64,000 nt of DNA from an uncultured delta proteobacterium (GCA_963769935.1 CAVYNY010000038.1:58448-122447); one strand, 5' to 3'; positions 38,466 to 49,577 are shown, counted from the stretch's first letter. The notes: a model not told the origin generated them from the sequence alone. A program made the numbers and translations.

Positions 38466-39903
38466 TTATTCATATAACGCCCAGCGCGGAGCCGGTTTCG
38501 TCTTGGGTTTTTGTCCATAGAAAATATCGTCCATCCGTTTAAATAAACGCCTGGCATACTTGTTACGGGTGATTAAGGCCCGGATTAACTTATGGGGAAA
38601 AGTATTGGCGTGACTCCAGGGACAGACCCGCATGCAGACGTTGCAGTCCGTTCCCACCTTGCCCCAGTAATCAAAGCAGGTTTCCGCATTCAATTTCCAT
38701 CGCAGCGTGCCGTTGACTTCTTTTGGGTCATCCATGGGAATGGAATTGGAAGGGCAGCAGTTCGCACACTTTTGACAAATTTTGCAAAAGTCGGCAACAC
38801 CCAGGTCGAGCGGTTGATCGGGAATCAGCGGAAGATCGGTTGTCACCGCTCCCAGTCTGACTCGCGGGCCGAATTCTTTGGTCATCAAATAACCGAGCCG
38901 TCCGGTTTCCCCCAGACCGGCATCGACCGCCAGGGGCACCAGCACGGCATCATAATGCCGCAGATGATTGGCGGTTGCCGAATACCCAAGATTGACAATA
39001 TAGGCCGCCAGCTGGGTTGCAATGAAGGCGCCCCGGGCATAATTGGCCATCGAGGCAATGGTGGTGGGGGTATGGGGGGCGGTGCCGACCAGGTCGAGGG
39101 CCATCTCAGTGGCAAAGACGACTGCGTACTTATGGTCTAAATCGATCGTCCGGCCCCAGTCGTCCCAGTTGTCTTTGAATATCTCTCCCCGGTTGGAATA
39201 AATCCAGAGGGGGTTGATTTCGGTGATGCCGACCAGATCGGCGCCAAGGGACAACGCGTAGCCTTTGACCCTGCCGGCGGCTGCTTCAGGAGTCATCGCC
39301 ACCCGCTGGGCATTGAATTCCGGGTGGACCGGCGGGTTAAATTTATCGGGCGTTGAAAGATGCACAGGGATTAGAAAGACAGGCCATGGCGGCTGCCACG
39401 TTCGGTCGGTCTTGGGGTTTATCAATCGTACCGGGCTGGCCAAGAGGCCCGCCCCTTTTCCGGCGGGCGGCATCGAATTGCTCGTTCTCCGGATGCGATT
39501 CATAATAGGCCTCATATTGTTCCGATCCCGGACGAATGGAACGATTGCGGGCAAATACGATATCTCTTTCATCTATTCTTGTCACCCGGCCGACGACATG
39601 TCCCTGCGTACCTGCCAGGGCCTTCTGATTGTACCCGGTTGGCCAGATGAGACCAACCATAAGTCCGCAGGCAAACAAAAGACCGACAATTAAAACGGAA
39701 AAACCGGCACCGGCGGCAAAAAAACCGATTGCCCGCAGGTAAAACAGCACAATCACCAGCCCCAGCATGAGCAAAAACTGGGCCGCCCCGAGAAGCGCTG
39801 CCCGAGCTTCCTGTTCCCGAACACTGGAAAAAAAATAACTTAAACCGATACCGGCCTGTAAAATGCTCAGTACAGCTGCGATAGAGAACACGATCGTTTC
39901 CAT
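38466..39903 (-). pseudogene. Reductive dehalogenase-like protein with N-terminal transmembrane helices; one frameshift at ~39372
   Basis: About 3 TM helices, then DERDIVFAR; after the shift LGADLVGIT, AVDAGLGETGRLG, FGPRVR, TDLPL, FCKICQKCANCCP and CNVCMRVCP. Confidence 0.85.
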
Positions 39904-40203
39904 GAACCATCTTATTAGATGAAAGAGAGGCATTGTGTCAAGAACCTGTTGCCATGCTGCAACTTTGGTCATAGGGACCAAATGTTTTGGATTTTGAATT
40001 TCGGTCATTGGTATTTGTTTGATATTTGTAATTTGATGCTTGGAAATTTTATGGTCCTAATAAAGTGAGCGACTTTGCCCGGCACTTACCCGGTTAAATA
40101 ACGTGCCCCTGCTCGCTGCCGATCCGGACTTGATCGTGCCGGCGGATATGGTATAGAGCGTTTAGCATGGATTTTCGCGCAGGGATTAAAACGGAGGCGA
40201 GTC

Positions 40204-40626
40204 ATGGATCCAAAGGTGAAAGTAGCAATTGAAACGGCTGTAAAAAAAGAGCCGTTTGCACAGGCATTACGGATGGAGCTGATGGAACTGGCAGAGGGCT
40301 ATTCGGTTGTCAGCATGATTTTCGAACCTGAAAAAATGAACAATATTTACGCCCGGGCGCACGGCGGGGCCATATTCGCCCTGATCGACGAAGCCTTTGA
40401 AACCGCCTCACAGACCGAAGGCACCATCGCGGTAGCGCTGAATGTCAACGTTACCTATGTGTCCAGCCCCGAACCGGGCCTGCGGCTGCTGGCCGAGGCC
40501 CGCCGGGTAAGCCAGACCCGCAAAACGGCCAGCTACGATATCCGGGTCACCGATCAGAACGGGCAGATGATTTCTCTGTGCCAGGCGTTGGCGTTTCGCA
40601 CCGGCAAGCCGATTCCGTTTCTGTAA
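40204..40626 (+). CDS. PaaI-family hotdog thioesterase
   Basis: NIYARAHGGAIFALIDEA. Confidence 0.92.
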   Translation: MDPKVKVAIETAVKKEPFAQALRMELMELAEGYSVVSMIFEPEKMNNIYARAHGGAIFALIDEAFETASQTEGTIAVALNVNVTYVSSPEPGLRLLAEARRVSQTRKTASYDIRVTDQNGQMISLCQALAFRTGKPIPFL

Positions 40627-40682
40627 TTAATTCACCCCGCAATATAGCGCTTTCAGGATTGTAAATTGTTTTGAGACCACTT

Positions 40683-41276
40683 CTAACGACCGATTCGGAT
40701 TCCGATTCCGCTGCCCCCGGAGCCGACACCAATGCCGACACCGGTTCCAAACCCCCAGTCGTCGTCTCTCAACCAGGGAGAATCGGTGTAAATAGATACC
40801 TTTTTAGTTTCGTCGTCCACCTTGAGGCTTCTGATCGGTAGACTGGAATACCAGTATCCGATCTGATTTCCCATGGAATCCATAAGGTATGATCCATAGG
40901 CATTCGAGTAATTTACCGGAAATCCCTTGACAAGATCCACCTCCTTTTTCAATTTGCCGTTCTGCGGGTCAAATTCAATCCAGCGGTTGTCTGAAATCGT
41001 ATAGCCGGCCTGCAAAGCGACGACCGCATAGGGATTGTTTTCCTGGTTCAAATAGTAATACCGGTGGTCCGGATAGACATGGTAGGTTTCAAAGGCCTCA
41101 GTAACCTCCCGGCTGTGTTTCAAGCCGCCGTAATTGGCCCCGGTGCATCCGACACAATAAAGAAGGGCAATGAAGCCTAAAAGGGCAAAGATGGCGTTGA
41201 GGTTGCTTGCCTGGCTTTCAGATCGGCACCTAAATCGGGCCTGCGATTTTCCACTGTTGTAATATATCCCGGACAT
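40683..41276 (-). CDS. Hypothetical, probable lipoprotein (start uncertain)
   Basis: Hydrophobic stretch ending VGC; Gly-rich C-terminus GVGIGVGSGGSGIGI. Confidence 0.65.
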   Translation of the reverse strand: MSGIYYNSGKSQARFRCRSESQASNLNAIFALLGFIALLYCVGCTGANYGGLKHSREVTEAFETYHVYPDHRYYYLNQENNPYAVVALQAGYTISDNRWIEFDPQNGKLKKEVDLVKGFPVNYSNAYGSYLMDSMGNQIGYWYSSLPIRSLKVDDETKKVSIYTDSPWLRDDDWGFGTGVGIGVGSGGSGIGIRIGR

Positions 41277-41391
41277 ATGGCTCTTCCCTTGGTCCCCGGA
41301 ATTACTCCATCCTGATAAATCCGCGCGCAACGGCACCTAAACACCGATACGGGCCGTTGAAATTGAAAAAAAAGGGCAAGAATATCGTCAG

Positions 41392-42015
41392 CTATTTTTT
41401 CTGGAAATAGAGCTTACCGGCGGAAACCTGACTTATAATTTCCCCCTCCGTTTTCAGCTGCTCTAACTCTTTTAAAATCAAGTCAAAGTCATAGTCATGA
41501 GAATCATTCGATAGATATTTTGCTATTTCAGAATAAGCCACCGGCCTATTGGATATCTTTAATAATAACAGTATCTTACTCTTTATCTCAGACATTTTTC
41601 CCCCATCGTCTAAGATTTCATCTTCCCCTAGACCCAAATCAGCGCTATTAATAGCCTGAGTTTTCGTTTGATCATCGATTTGCGAAGGTAATTTTAACCT
41701 ATTTGAAATTTGGTCAACCGGTTTATTGGCACCCTGTTTTTGAAATTTAAACTCTGAATTTTCGTTAACTTTTTTTAATTTAAATATTTCGGCTTTTAAG
41801 CTTACCATCTCCGATTGTATTCTTTGATTTAAGGTACGCAAACCACTATTTAACACCATCAGGTTTTTTCTAATCCTGCTGACTTTATTCAGTATCACCA
41901 AGCCGAAGATGAATATAAAGAAAAATAGAGCAATGGTGCAAATAAGGACTAATGGTGGTAAGCCGATGGATTTGGATGAATGACTAAAGTAATTAAAAAT
42001 ATCAGAAAATAGCAT
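41392..42015 (-). CDS. Hypothetical membrane-anchored protein (TM, coiled coil, possible C-terminal winged helix)
   Basis: N-terminal TM; KILLLLK..PVAYSEIAKYL...ELEQLKTEGEI. Confidence 0.6.
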   Translation of the reverse strand: MLFSDIFNYFSHSSKSIGLPPLVLICTIALFFFIFIFGLVILNKVSRIRKNLMVLNSGLRTLNQRIQSEMVSLKAEIFKLKKVNENSEFKFQKQGANKPVDQISNRLKLPSQIDDQTKTQAINSADLGLGEDEILDDGGKMSEIKSKILLLLKISNRPVAYSEIAKYLSNDSHDYDFDLILKELEQLKTEGEIISQVSAGKLYFQKK

Positions 42016-42059
42016 AACTCAGGATCGATGGGTTCGTAAAAAGTTCAAAATTCACTCCT

Positions 42060-42257
42060 CTACAGCAACTCTGAAATTCTTTTGACTTTCAGCTTAAGCA
42101 AATTCAGGTCTTTTTCTATCTTGGTTAAATAGTATAATAAAAAAAGATAAAACAATGCTACTGCAATAGTCGATGTCCAAATAACTATAAACTCTCCCAA
42201 ACTCAAACGTCCCAGAAAAATAAGCACCGCATTCATAATTTCCAAAACATCCATCAA
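42060..42257 (-). CDS. Small membrane protein
   Basis: 65 aa, hydrophobic, co-oriented with its neighbours. Confidence 0.5.
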   Translation of the reverse strand: MMDVLEIMNAVLIFLGRLSLGEFIVIWTSTIAVALFYLFLLYYLTKIEKDLNLLKLKVKRISELL

Positions 42258-42324
42258 ACAGTATTCATCATAAGATCTTCATAATTATTTTCAATTCTGC
42301 CGAGTATTCTACCTATCACCCTAC

Positions 42325-44085
42325 TCAAACTGCCCGCACCACGACAACCGTCATATCATCGTACTGCAGGCTGTCGCCTTGATGTTCGGCTAAGGCGTTG
42401 ATTAGCTTATCGCAAACCATCCCGGCCGGTGACTGCGGCATGCGGCTGATGGTGCGACGAATCCCCTTAAATCCGAACCGCTCATTTTGTCGGTTGGTCG
42501 CGTCGGTTATCCCATCGGAGTATAGCAGCATCATTCGATTTTTAGAGAGTTCAATGGTCTGTTCGTTCAGGGCAACCGTATCAAATATCCCCAGCGCCTG
42601 ACCGTTGGCTCTTGGCAGGCGTTTGACGGTCCCCTGTGCATCGCATAAAATCGGCGGCTCATGCCCGGCCCGTGCATATAAAAACTGCCGGGTGGTGCGG
42701 TTCAGTGTGCCGAATAAAATGGTTACGAACATTTCCTTGTCGTTCATATCCAAAAGGTGACGGTTGACCCTTTGAAGCACCTCTTTGGGAGAATGTCCCG
42801 GATGGGCTTCGGCCCGCAGCAAGCTGCGCACCATGGCCATAAACAGGGCGGCGGGTACGCCCTTGTCGGATACGTCACCGACTGCAATTGCCAGCACATC
42901 GTTCGTAAGAGGGATAAAATCAAAGAAGTCGCCGCCCACGGATTTGGCAGGGATCATGCGCGCGCTGAATTCGTAGCCTTCAAGCCGGGGAGTTGATCTC
43001 GGCACCATGCTCTGCTGAATTTCACTCGCCAGTGAAAGTTCATGTTCCAGCTTGGCAAGCTGCTCAAGCTGGGCTACCTGCGCTGCAACGCGGGTTTCAA
43101 GCATCGCGTTCCACTCGGCAAGCTCCCTGGCCTGCTCCTGCACTTTGCGGCTTTTTTCCTGAATTTCGTTGAACAGTCTCACGTTTTCAATGGCGATCGC
43201 CGCCTGGTCGGCAAACGTCATAAGGAGCGCGATCTGTTTATCGGTGAGCGGTCGGACTTCAAATCGGCGAATTAAAATCGCCCCGATCGCATTCCCTTCC
43301 CGCATCAACGGAGCGGCAAAAGTGGTCCGGTGGCCGGATTTCTTCGCATAGCCCCAACCCTCCGGAAATTCAGCCTCAGCCGCCTGCAGATCGATCACAT
43401 GAATTGGCGTGCGATCGACAACCGATCGCCCTGTCACCCAGTTTCGGTTTATGCGCCGTTTGTTTCCTACCTGCATCCATTTTCGGGACGACCCGTATTT
43501 CGCTACCAGCCGTAGTTCGTCACCCTCAAGCTGCAGGATTTCAGCATCGGTCACATCGCACAATCGTGCGACATTTTCGGCCAGGGATTCCAGTAATGCC
43601 TGAACATTGGTCGGCGAGTTGGAAATCGCACGCAGGATCTCACTGATCGCTGATTTTTGCTGCAGCGCTTCGGAAAGTTCACGCGCATGCTCTTCGGCTT
43701 CGCGCACAATTTTCTCAAATACGCGCGCCGCGAAAAGGTGATTCTTGGGCAGGAATGCCTTGCAGTCACGCTTCGGCAGCACCAGAAACCGGCTCGGCTC
43801 GACGGTCATGATGGAAACTGAAGCAGGTCCCTCGTCAAATCCCGTTCCGCCGATATATTCTCCCGGGCCAAGGTGGGCTATCACCGTCTCGTTGCCGTTT
43901 GAATCAGTTAGGAAGGTTTTTACCCGCCCCTCGACAATAATATGCAGGGAATCGCTTCGATAACCATTTTGCAGGACGAAGGTGTCGGGCGGGAGATCAC
44001 GGGTGGCAGCTCGCTCCAGGATTGTGCGTGACTCTTTCTTCGTCAGCCCTACACCGGATAGGGCGATCCCCGTGTTCTTGGTCAT
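42325..44085 (-). CDS. cNMP-binding + GAF + SpoIIE/PP2C phosphatase (RsbU-like)
   Basis: IVEGRVK..LGPGEYIG; FADQAAIAIENVRLF; VGGDFFDF, GDVSDKG, YSDG, DDMT. Confidence 0.9.
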   Translation of the reverse strand: MTKNTGIALSGVGLTKKESRTILERAATRDLPPDTFVLQNGYRSDSLHIIVEGRVKTFLTDSNGNETVIAHLGPGEYIGGTGFDEGPASVSIMTVEPSRFLVLPKRDCKAFLPKNHLFAARVFEKIVREAEEHARELSEALQQKSAISEILRAISNSPTNVQALLESLAENVARLCDVTDAEILQLEGDELRLVAKYGSSRKWMQVGNKRRINRNWVTGRSVVDRTPIHVIDLQAAEAEFPEGWGYAKKSGHRTTFAAPLMREGNAIGAILIRRFEVRPLTDKQIALLMTFADQAAIAIENVRLFNEIQEKSRKVQEQARELAEWNAMLETRVAAQVAQLEQLAKLEHELSLASEIQQSMVPRSTPRLEGYEFSARMIPAKSVGGDFFDFIPLTNDVLAIAVGDVSDKGVPAALFMAMVRSLLRAEAHPGHSPKEVLQRVNRHLLDMNDKEMFVTILFGTLNRTTRQFLYARAGHEPPILCDAQGTVKRLPRANGQALGIFDTVALNEQTIELSKNRMMLLYSDGITDATNRQNERFGFKGIRRTISRMPQSPAGMVCDKLINALAEHQGDSLQYDDMTVVVVRAV

Positions 44086-44401
44086 CGCCGTCCTTCACTC
44101 TTATCGAAACATAGGTTGAGCGATTTATCCGATATTCATTATTGCAATCTTATTGATGGAATCGCTCAATTTAGATGAAAGTCTCAGGCGGCAATGAAGC
44201 ACCCGCCTGCAACCCAACCTTCAGCTTAATTTGTTTGGAGATAGTGATCTTCCCTCACTCACCGGCGTCTTTTACACCTTATCCAGAACGAGTGTGGTAA
44301 ACCGGTTTCGTCATAGAAAATGCGAACCTGTTGTCTACCGGTTTGAATACTGTGAGGTAAGGGGTAATCACAGTGTGAGGCTATGTCAAGCAGGGCATTT
44401 T

Positions 44402-46633
44402 TTATTGCGACTTCTTTTTAAGCACCCAATCGATTATATCTGCCGGATTGGGTGATTTTGTTGCCTCTTCCGGTAATTGCATATCAGATGGGGGCTTTGG
44501 CTGTGTATCAAAAGCAGCAGGCTTCATTGGACCGGCGGATGTCTGGGCTTTAAGTTCCGCCACTTGGACCTGGAGTTGGGCGGTCTTTGCCCTGTTCTTA
44601 TTATATTCGTCTTCCAGGGCAGCCTGATCGGCTTGAGAGGCTTGCAATCTTTTTTGCAGGTCGGCTATCAGGGCGGCCTGGGCCGCGAACTCGCCGTCGA
44701 GCTTGTTTTTGCCGTCTTTCACCTGCGCTAATTTTTTTTCCAACTCCTGCTGCCGCTGCTCACTTTGCGCTAACTGGCGGTCTTTAACGGCCAGCGCATT
44801 TTCCAGGTCGGCAGCTTTTTCGCTGCGCTGCTTCAGCTCTTCGAGATCAGCGGTGAGCGCATTGTACGCGGTCTGTAAATTTTCGAACCGGCTTTCGGAT
44901 GATGTCTTCTGCGCGGCCAGCGCCTCCAGCTGCAATTTGAGCTGCGCCGCCGCTTGCCGGCCCGCTTCGACTTGACCTGCCAGCCCGCTCTGATCGGCTT
45001 GAGAGGCTTGCAGCCTTTTTTGCAGGTCGGATATCAGGGCGGCCTGGGCCGCGAACTCGCCGTCGAGCTTGTTTTTGCCGTCTTTCACCTGCGCTAAATT
45101 TTTTTCCAACTCCTGCTGCCGCTGCTCACTTTGCGATATTTGGCGGTCTTTGACGGCCAGCGCATTTTCCAGGTCGGCAGCTTTTTCGCTGCGCTGCTTC
45201 AGTGCTTCGAAATCAGCGGTGAGCGCATTGTACGCGGTCTGTAAATTTTCGAACCGGCTTTCGGATGATGTCTTCTGCGCGGCCAGCGCCTCCAGCTGCA
45301 ATTTGAGCTGCGCCGCCGCTTGCCGGCCCGCTTCGACCTGACCAGCCAGCCCGGCCTGGTCGGCTTGAGAGGCTTGCAGCCTTTTTTGCAGGTCGGATAT
45401 CAGGACGGCTTGGGCCGCGATTTCGCTGGCGAGTTTGTCCTTGCTGTTTCTCTCCTGATCCAGATCCTTTTCCAATGTAACGGCCTTTTTTCCGTCCGGC
45501 AACGGCATTTGAACTTTAACAGCCGGTGCACTTTGTAAAAAAGCCTCATATATCGGTTTGGCATAAGAGCTTTTGGCCCGTTCGATAAACGCTCTCATTT
45601 TTAAAATCGATGAATTGGAGCTGCGTCCATAAAAATTCAAGCCGATTATAAAAATCAGGATAATGAAAGGGATCGGAGCAAGATAAGCTGTTTTGTGTCG
45701 ACTGACAGTTGTCTTAATTGCGGGTATAGACCTTTTCCAGGACCGGCTTAAATTTTCCGACGGTTTTTCCTGAATTGATTTTCCAAGAATTTGTGTCGGA
45801 ATATTCAACTTTTCCGGCAGCGGCTCAATTTTTATAAATGGGATTGATGTTCTCTCTATGCATTCTCTAATTATTGCCGGTTCTATCTTTCTCGTTTCGG
45901 CTGTATAACCGTATAACAAAGCAAGATCGCAAATGATATTTATTTGGCGCGGATTGCCTTTTGAGAAAGAATATATTTCATGGACCGCACTCGGGCTGAA
46001 GATTCGAAATTCTGAACCTGCTACTTTAAGGCGATGCGTGATATATTTTTCGGTTTCAATCTCCGTCAACGGTTCAATTTTGTAGTTAAAAGCCAGTCTG
46101 TTCCTTAGCGCTTTGTTATTACTTAAGATTTCATTAAAATTGCTTTGACCGGCAAAAATAATGGTTATCAGCTTTTTTTCGGGTTTCTCAATATTTGAAA
46201 TAAGTCTGATTTCTTCCAGCAATTCCGGCTTTATCCGCTGGGCTTCATCAATAATCAGTATGGCTTCCCTGTTATTCTCGTAAGAATTATTCAAAAAGAT
46301 CGACAGCTCTCCTAGAAAATCACCTTTGCCGCTAAACCGCTTATTCATTTCGAAAGCACTTGCTGTTATATTAAAAAAATCAAGTTCTTCCAGAGATGGA
46401 TCGGAAATCCTGGCGAAAATATAATTTTCGTCGAATGATCTTATCAATGCGTTTAACAACGTTGTTTTACCCGTGCCCACGTCCCCGGTAAGAGAGATGA
46501 AACCTTTGCCGGTCAGGACGGCATATTTCAAGGCGGCAAAACCTTCTCTATGCTTTTCGCCCACCCACAGAAATCTTGGGTCCGGGCTTATCTCGAAGGG
46601 CTTAACCTTCAAATTAAAGTATTTAAGGTACAT
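44402..46633 (-). CDS. ExeA/GspA-like AAA+ ATPase with TM and long repeated coiled-coil C-terminus
   Basis: KPFEISPDPRF, GDVGTGKT, IIDEAQ, GNPRQINIICD; ATG at 46633. Confidence 0.88.
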   Translation of the reverse strand: MYLKYFNLKVKPFEISPDPRFLWVGEKHREGFAALKYAVLTGKGFISLTGDVGTGKTTLLNALIRSFDENYIFARISDPSLEELDFFNITASAFEMNKRFSGKGDFLGELSIFLNNSYENNREAILIIDEAQRIKPELLEEIRLISNIEKPEKKLITIIFAGQSNFNEILSNNKALRNRLAFNYKIEPLTEIETEKYITHRLKVAGSEFRIFSPSAVHEIYSFSKGNPRQINIICDLALLYGYTAETRKIEPAIIRECIERTSIPFIKIEPLPEKLNIPTQILGKSIQEKPSENLSRSWKRSIPAIKTTVSRHKTAYLAPIPFIILIFIIGLNFYGRSSNSSILKMRAFIERAKSSYAKPIYEAFLQSAPAVKVQMPLPDGKKAVTLEKDLDQERNSKDKLASEIAAQAVLISDLQKRLQASQADQAGLAGQVEAGRQAAAQLKLQLEALAAQKTSSESRFENLQTAYNALTADFEALKQRSEKAADLENALAVKDRQISQSEQRQQELEKNLAQVKDGKNKLDGEFAAQAALISDLQKRLQASQADQSGLAGQVEAGRQAAAQLKLQLEALAAQKTSSESRFENLQTAYNALTADLEELKQRSEKAADLENALAVKDRQLAQSEQRQQELEKKLAQVKDGKNKLDGEFAAQAALIADLQKRLQASQADQAALEDEYNKNRAKTAQLQVQVAELKAQTSAGPMKPAAFDTQPKPPSDMQLPEEATKSPNPADIIDWVLKKKSQ
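44626..45420. repeat. Intragenic 366-bp (122-aa) tandem repeat, about 2.2 copies
   Basis: Near-identical blocks offset by 366 bp (e.g. 44703 versus 45069). Confidence 0.92.
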
Positions 46634-46807
46634 CGGGTATCCACCCAGGTTGAAAATGTCAGGAAACGGAAAATATAACCCCGGCCGCAAAGTCCGGTAA
46701 AAAACCCCGACCCAGCTTGGGGCCCGTAGGAAGCACCAGGTCTTCAATGTCCGAATAAAGTTCCACCTTTTCGCGAAAAGTTAATGGGCTTTGCATTCAG
46801 GCACGAA

Positions 46808-47791
46808 TTAAGGCCCGAGAATATCCTTGACTGCTTTTAAGATAGGGTTGATCTCAGCCGCTGATTTATTAACAACCCGCTTATGTTGCAGGCGACTTTT
46901 AACGCAATCGTATTGTTCCCAGCCCTTTAAGGGATAATCAAGATCGACCGACTTCCACTTTGAGTGTCCGTTTGCAATGAGCCAGTCCATATTCTCATAG
47001 ATGTCTTTGGAAAATTCGCCGACATTTTCGCAATTACCTCTTCTAAAGTCAAACGATACCAGGACGGCTTTCACTGCAACGGTATCTATCGTCACCTGCT
47101 GCCAGGGGTAAATGTTGGCCGGAATTTTAGTCTGCGGATAAAATTCGACTATGCTTTTGTTTAAAATCGGAATCAAGGCCAGTCCATCATCCCCGGATAC
47201 ATCTTCCATGAATAATTTAACAGGATATCCGGCGACATAGAACATGGCGTCGATTTTCCCTGATTTTAATTGTGACATCGCCTCACCGGTACCGATGGGA
47301 ACCATCTCTGCCGGTTTCACCTCCGATACTTCAAACAGAAGTCTGGCGGTTAAGTAAGTGCCGCTTCCTTCCTCTCCAATGGCCACTCTTCTGCCGGCCA
47401 AGTCATCAAAATCCTTTATCTCCCGACGGCCAAGCAGGTGCACCTCTTCATTGTAAAGTGGAAAAATCATCCTGGTTTTAGTTGCAATTCTTTTTAGCAC
47501 CGGATCTGACTGAACCCGGGATACAAAGGCCAACACGTCGGATTGGACGATGCCCATTTGGGTGTTAGGTCTTCGATACACGGCGTATAAATTTTCTATA
47601 GAGCCGGTGGAATTCAGGACTTCAAGCTCAATGCCTTTTGGTTTAACGAGTTCTTTTAAATTCAAACCGAACTGGTAGTAGGTTCCTTTTTCTCCACCCG
47701 TCATGATGGTTAGGTCCACTGCAAAAGAATCAGTCCAGAAGGCGCCCACCAGAAAGATCACTACGCATAGAGTTGCAAATCCTTTTTGCAT
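46808..47791 (-). CDS. TAXI-family TRAP solute-binding protein
   Basis: Signal peptide, TGGEKGTYY, TGSIEN, IVQSD, LYNEEVHL, GEEGSGT. Confidence 0.9.
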   Translation of the reverse strand: MQKGFATLCVVIFLVGAFWTDSFAVDLTIMTGGEKGTYYQFGLNLKELVKPKGIELEVLNSTGSIENLYAVYRRPNTQMGIVQSDVLAFVSRVQSDPVLKRIATKTRMIFPLYNEEVHLLGRREIKDFDDLAGRRVAIGEEGSGTYLTARLLFEVSEVKPAEMVPIGTGEAMSQLKSGKIDAMFYVAGYPVKLFMEDVSGDDGLALIPILNKSIVEFYPQTKIPANIYPWQQVTIDTVAVKAVLVSFDFRRGNCENVGEFSKDIYENMDWLIANGHSKWKSVDLDYPLKGWEQYDCVKSRLQHKRVVNKSAAEINPILKAVKDILGP

Positions 47792-48269
47792 GACATGTTC
47801 CCCTTTCTGAATTCAGATGATAACAGCGATTGGTATCGCCATAAAAACCAGAAGCACGTGAATGCCGCGCTAATCACAACTTGAGGGTCCGGATTAGTAC
47901 GGTCAACAGATTGCAGCATATGCCGGGCAGACGGAAAGAAGGAATCGCAAATGAAATCGATGGTAACGCTGAGTGCTCCTGTATATTCTCAAGCAAAAAT
48001 TATGCAAATATTAAATATTTCACCGCAATACGGATTTTGATTAAATTTCAGTTAGATACATTAAAATAGCAACTGTTGCAGCTTGAAAAAGATAGGAAAT
48101 AAATTCCATAATATTGAGAAATTTTTTCTACACCGTGGAATATTGAATCTGGCTTGAATATAGTGCACAGATTGACAGATGATAGATCCGTCCGTAAGTT
48201 TTTGTGACAGGCTGTTGCCTGGACCAAGGGCTCCTTTAAAAATAACTTCACCTTGCGGGAGCGTTTCTG

Positions 48270-49520
48270 ATGAGCAAGGATTCCGACGATCCCATCCGTG
48301 AGCGGGTCGATGCGGTATACCGCGCCGAGTCGCGCCGCGTCTTCGCCACCCTGATTCGGCTGATAGGCGACTTCGATCCTGCCGAGGAGGCGCTGCACGA
48401 AGCATTCAGGGCCGCGCTTGAGCAGTGGCCGCGCGACGGAATACCCGCCAATCCCCGAGCGTGGCTGGTGTCGGTGGGGCGTTTCAAAGCCATTGACAGC
48501 CTTCGCCGGCATGCCCGCTTCCAACCGCTGGACGATGCTGCCAAACCCGTCGCCGCTCCAAGCGATGATGCCTCTCCGGAGGTAGGCGAAGGTTTCGAGG
48601 ACGATCGCCTGCGTCTGATCTTCACATGCTGCCATCCGGCCTTGTCGCCGGACGCACAGGTTGCCCTCACGTTGCGCGAGGTGTGCGGCCTCACGACCGA
48701 GGAAATCGCCCACGCATTTCTCATTCCTGCGCCTACCCTGGCCCAGCGCATCGTGCGCGCCAAGGCCAAGATTCGCGATGCGCGCATTCCATACCGGGTT
48801 CCCACCCACCTCGAGTTGTCGGAACGTTTATACGCGGTACTTCGGGTGATTTATCTTGTGTTCAACGAGGGTTACGCCGCCTCCTCGGGCGGGTCGCTGA
48901 TCCGGCCGGATTTGTCGGGCGTGGCGATTTATCTGGGTCGTCTGCTGGTTGAGCTGCTGCCCGAACCCGAAGCGGCAGGGCTTCTGGCGCTGATGTTGCT
49001 GCAAGAGTCGCGACGCGCTGCGCGCACCTCCCTCACGGGGGATCTGGTATTATTGGAAGACCAGGACCGCTCGCTTTGGAATCGGGGTCAGATCGCAGAA
49101 GGGTTGGTGCTGGTGGAGCGGGCAATGTCGTCGCAGCGATTCGGCTCGTACACGCTCCAGGCCGCGATCGCAGCGGTGCATGCCGAAGCATCCACCGATG
49201 CTGCTACGGACTGGGCCCGGATTGTGGGATTATACGACATTCTAATGCGCGTGGAACCGTCGCCCGTGGTCGAGCTGAACCGTGCCGTAGCGGTAGCTAT
49301 GCGAGACGGTCCGGCGGCGGGTTTGGTGCTGATCGACGCCATCCTGGGCCGGGGCGATCTTGCGGACTACCACCTGGCGTATGCAGCCCAGGCGGACTTG
49401 TGCCGGCGTCTCGGGAAAACGGCGCAAGCCCGGGCATCCTACAAACGCGCGCTCAGCCTTACGCTGCAGATACCGGAGCGACGGTTTATCGAGCGGCGGC
49501 TGCACAACCTGCAGGATTAA
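48270..49520 (+). CDS. ECF sigma factor with C-terminal TPR-like extension (ECF42 group)
   Basis: AEEALHEAF, DDRLRLIFTCCHPAL, LAQRIVRAK, YLVFNEGY, LEDQDRSLW, VVELNRAVA; DGPF genes downstream. Confidence 0.9.
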   Translation: MSKDSDDPIRERVDAVYRAESRRVFATLIRLIGDFDPAEEALHEAFRAALEQWPRDGIPANPRAWLVSVGRFKAIDSLRRHARFQPLDDAAKPVAAPSDDASPEVGEGFEDDRLRLIFTCCHPALSPDAQVALTLREVCGLTTEEIAHAFLIPAPTLAQRIVRAKAKIRDARIPYRVPTHLELSERLYAVLRVIYLVFNEGYAASSGGSLIRPDLSGVAIYLGRLLVELLPEPEAAGLLALMLLQESRRAARTSLTGDLVLLEDQDRSLWNRGQIAEGLVLVERAMSSQRFGSYTLQAAIAAVHAEASTDAATDWARIVGLYDILMRVEPSPVVELNRAVAVAMRDGPAAGLVLIDAILGRGDLADYHLAYAAQADLCRRLGKTAQARASYKRALSLTLQIPERRFIERRLHNLQD

Positions 49521-49550
49521 TGCAGCAAATGCAGCTTTTTTTTGTTCGCT

Positions 49551-49577
49551 TGTCGATTTTAGGTCTCGCCGAACGAC
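49551..49577 (+). promoter_or_regulatory. ECF42-type promoter for the DGPF operon
   Basis: TGTCGA-17 bp-CGAC, matching the ECF42 consensus as I recall it. Confidence 0.75.
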
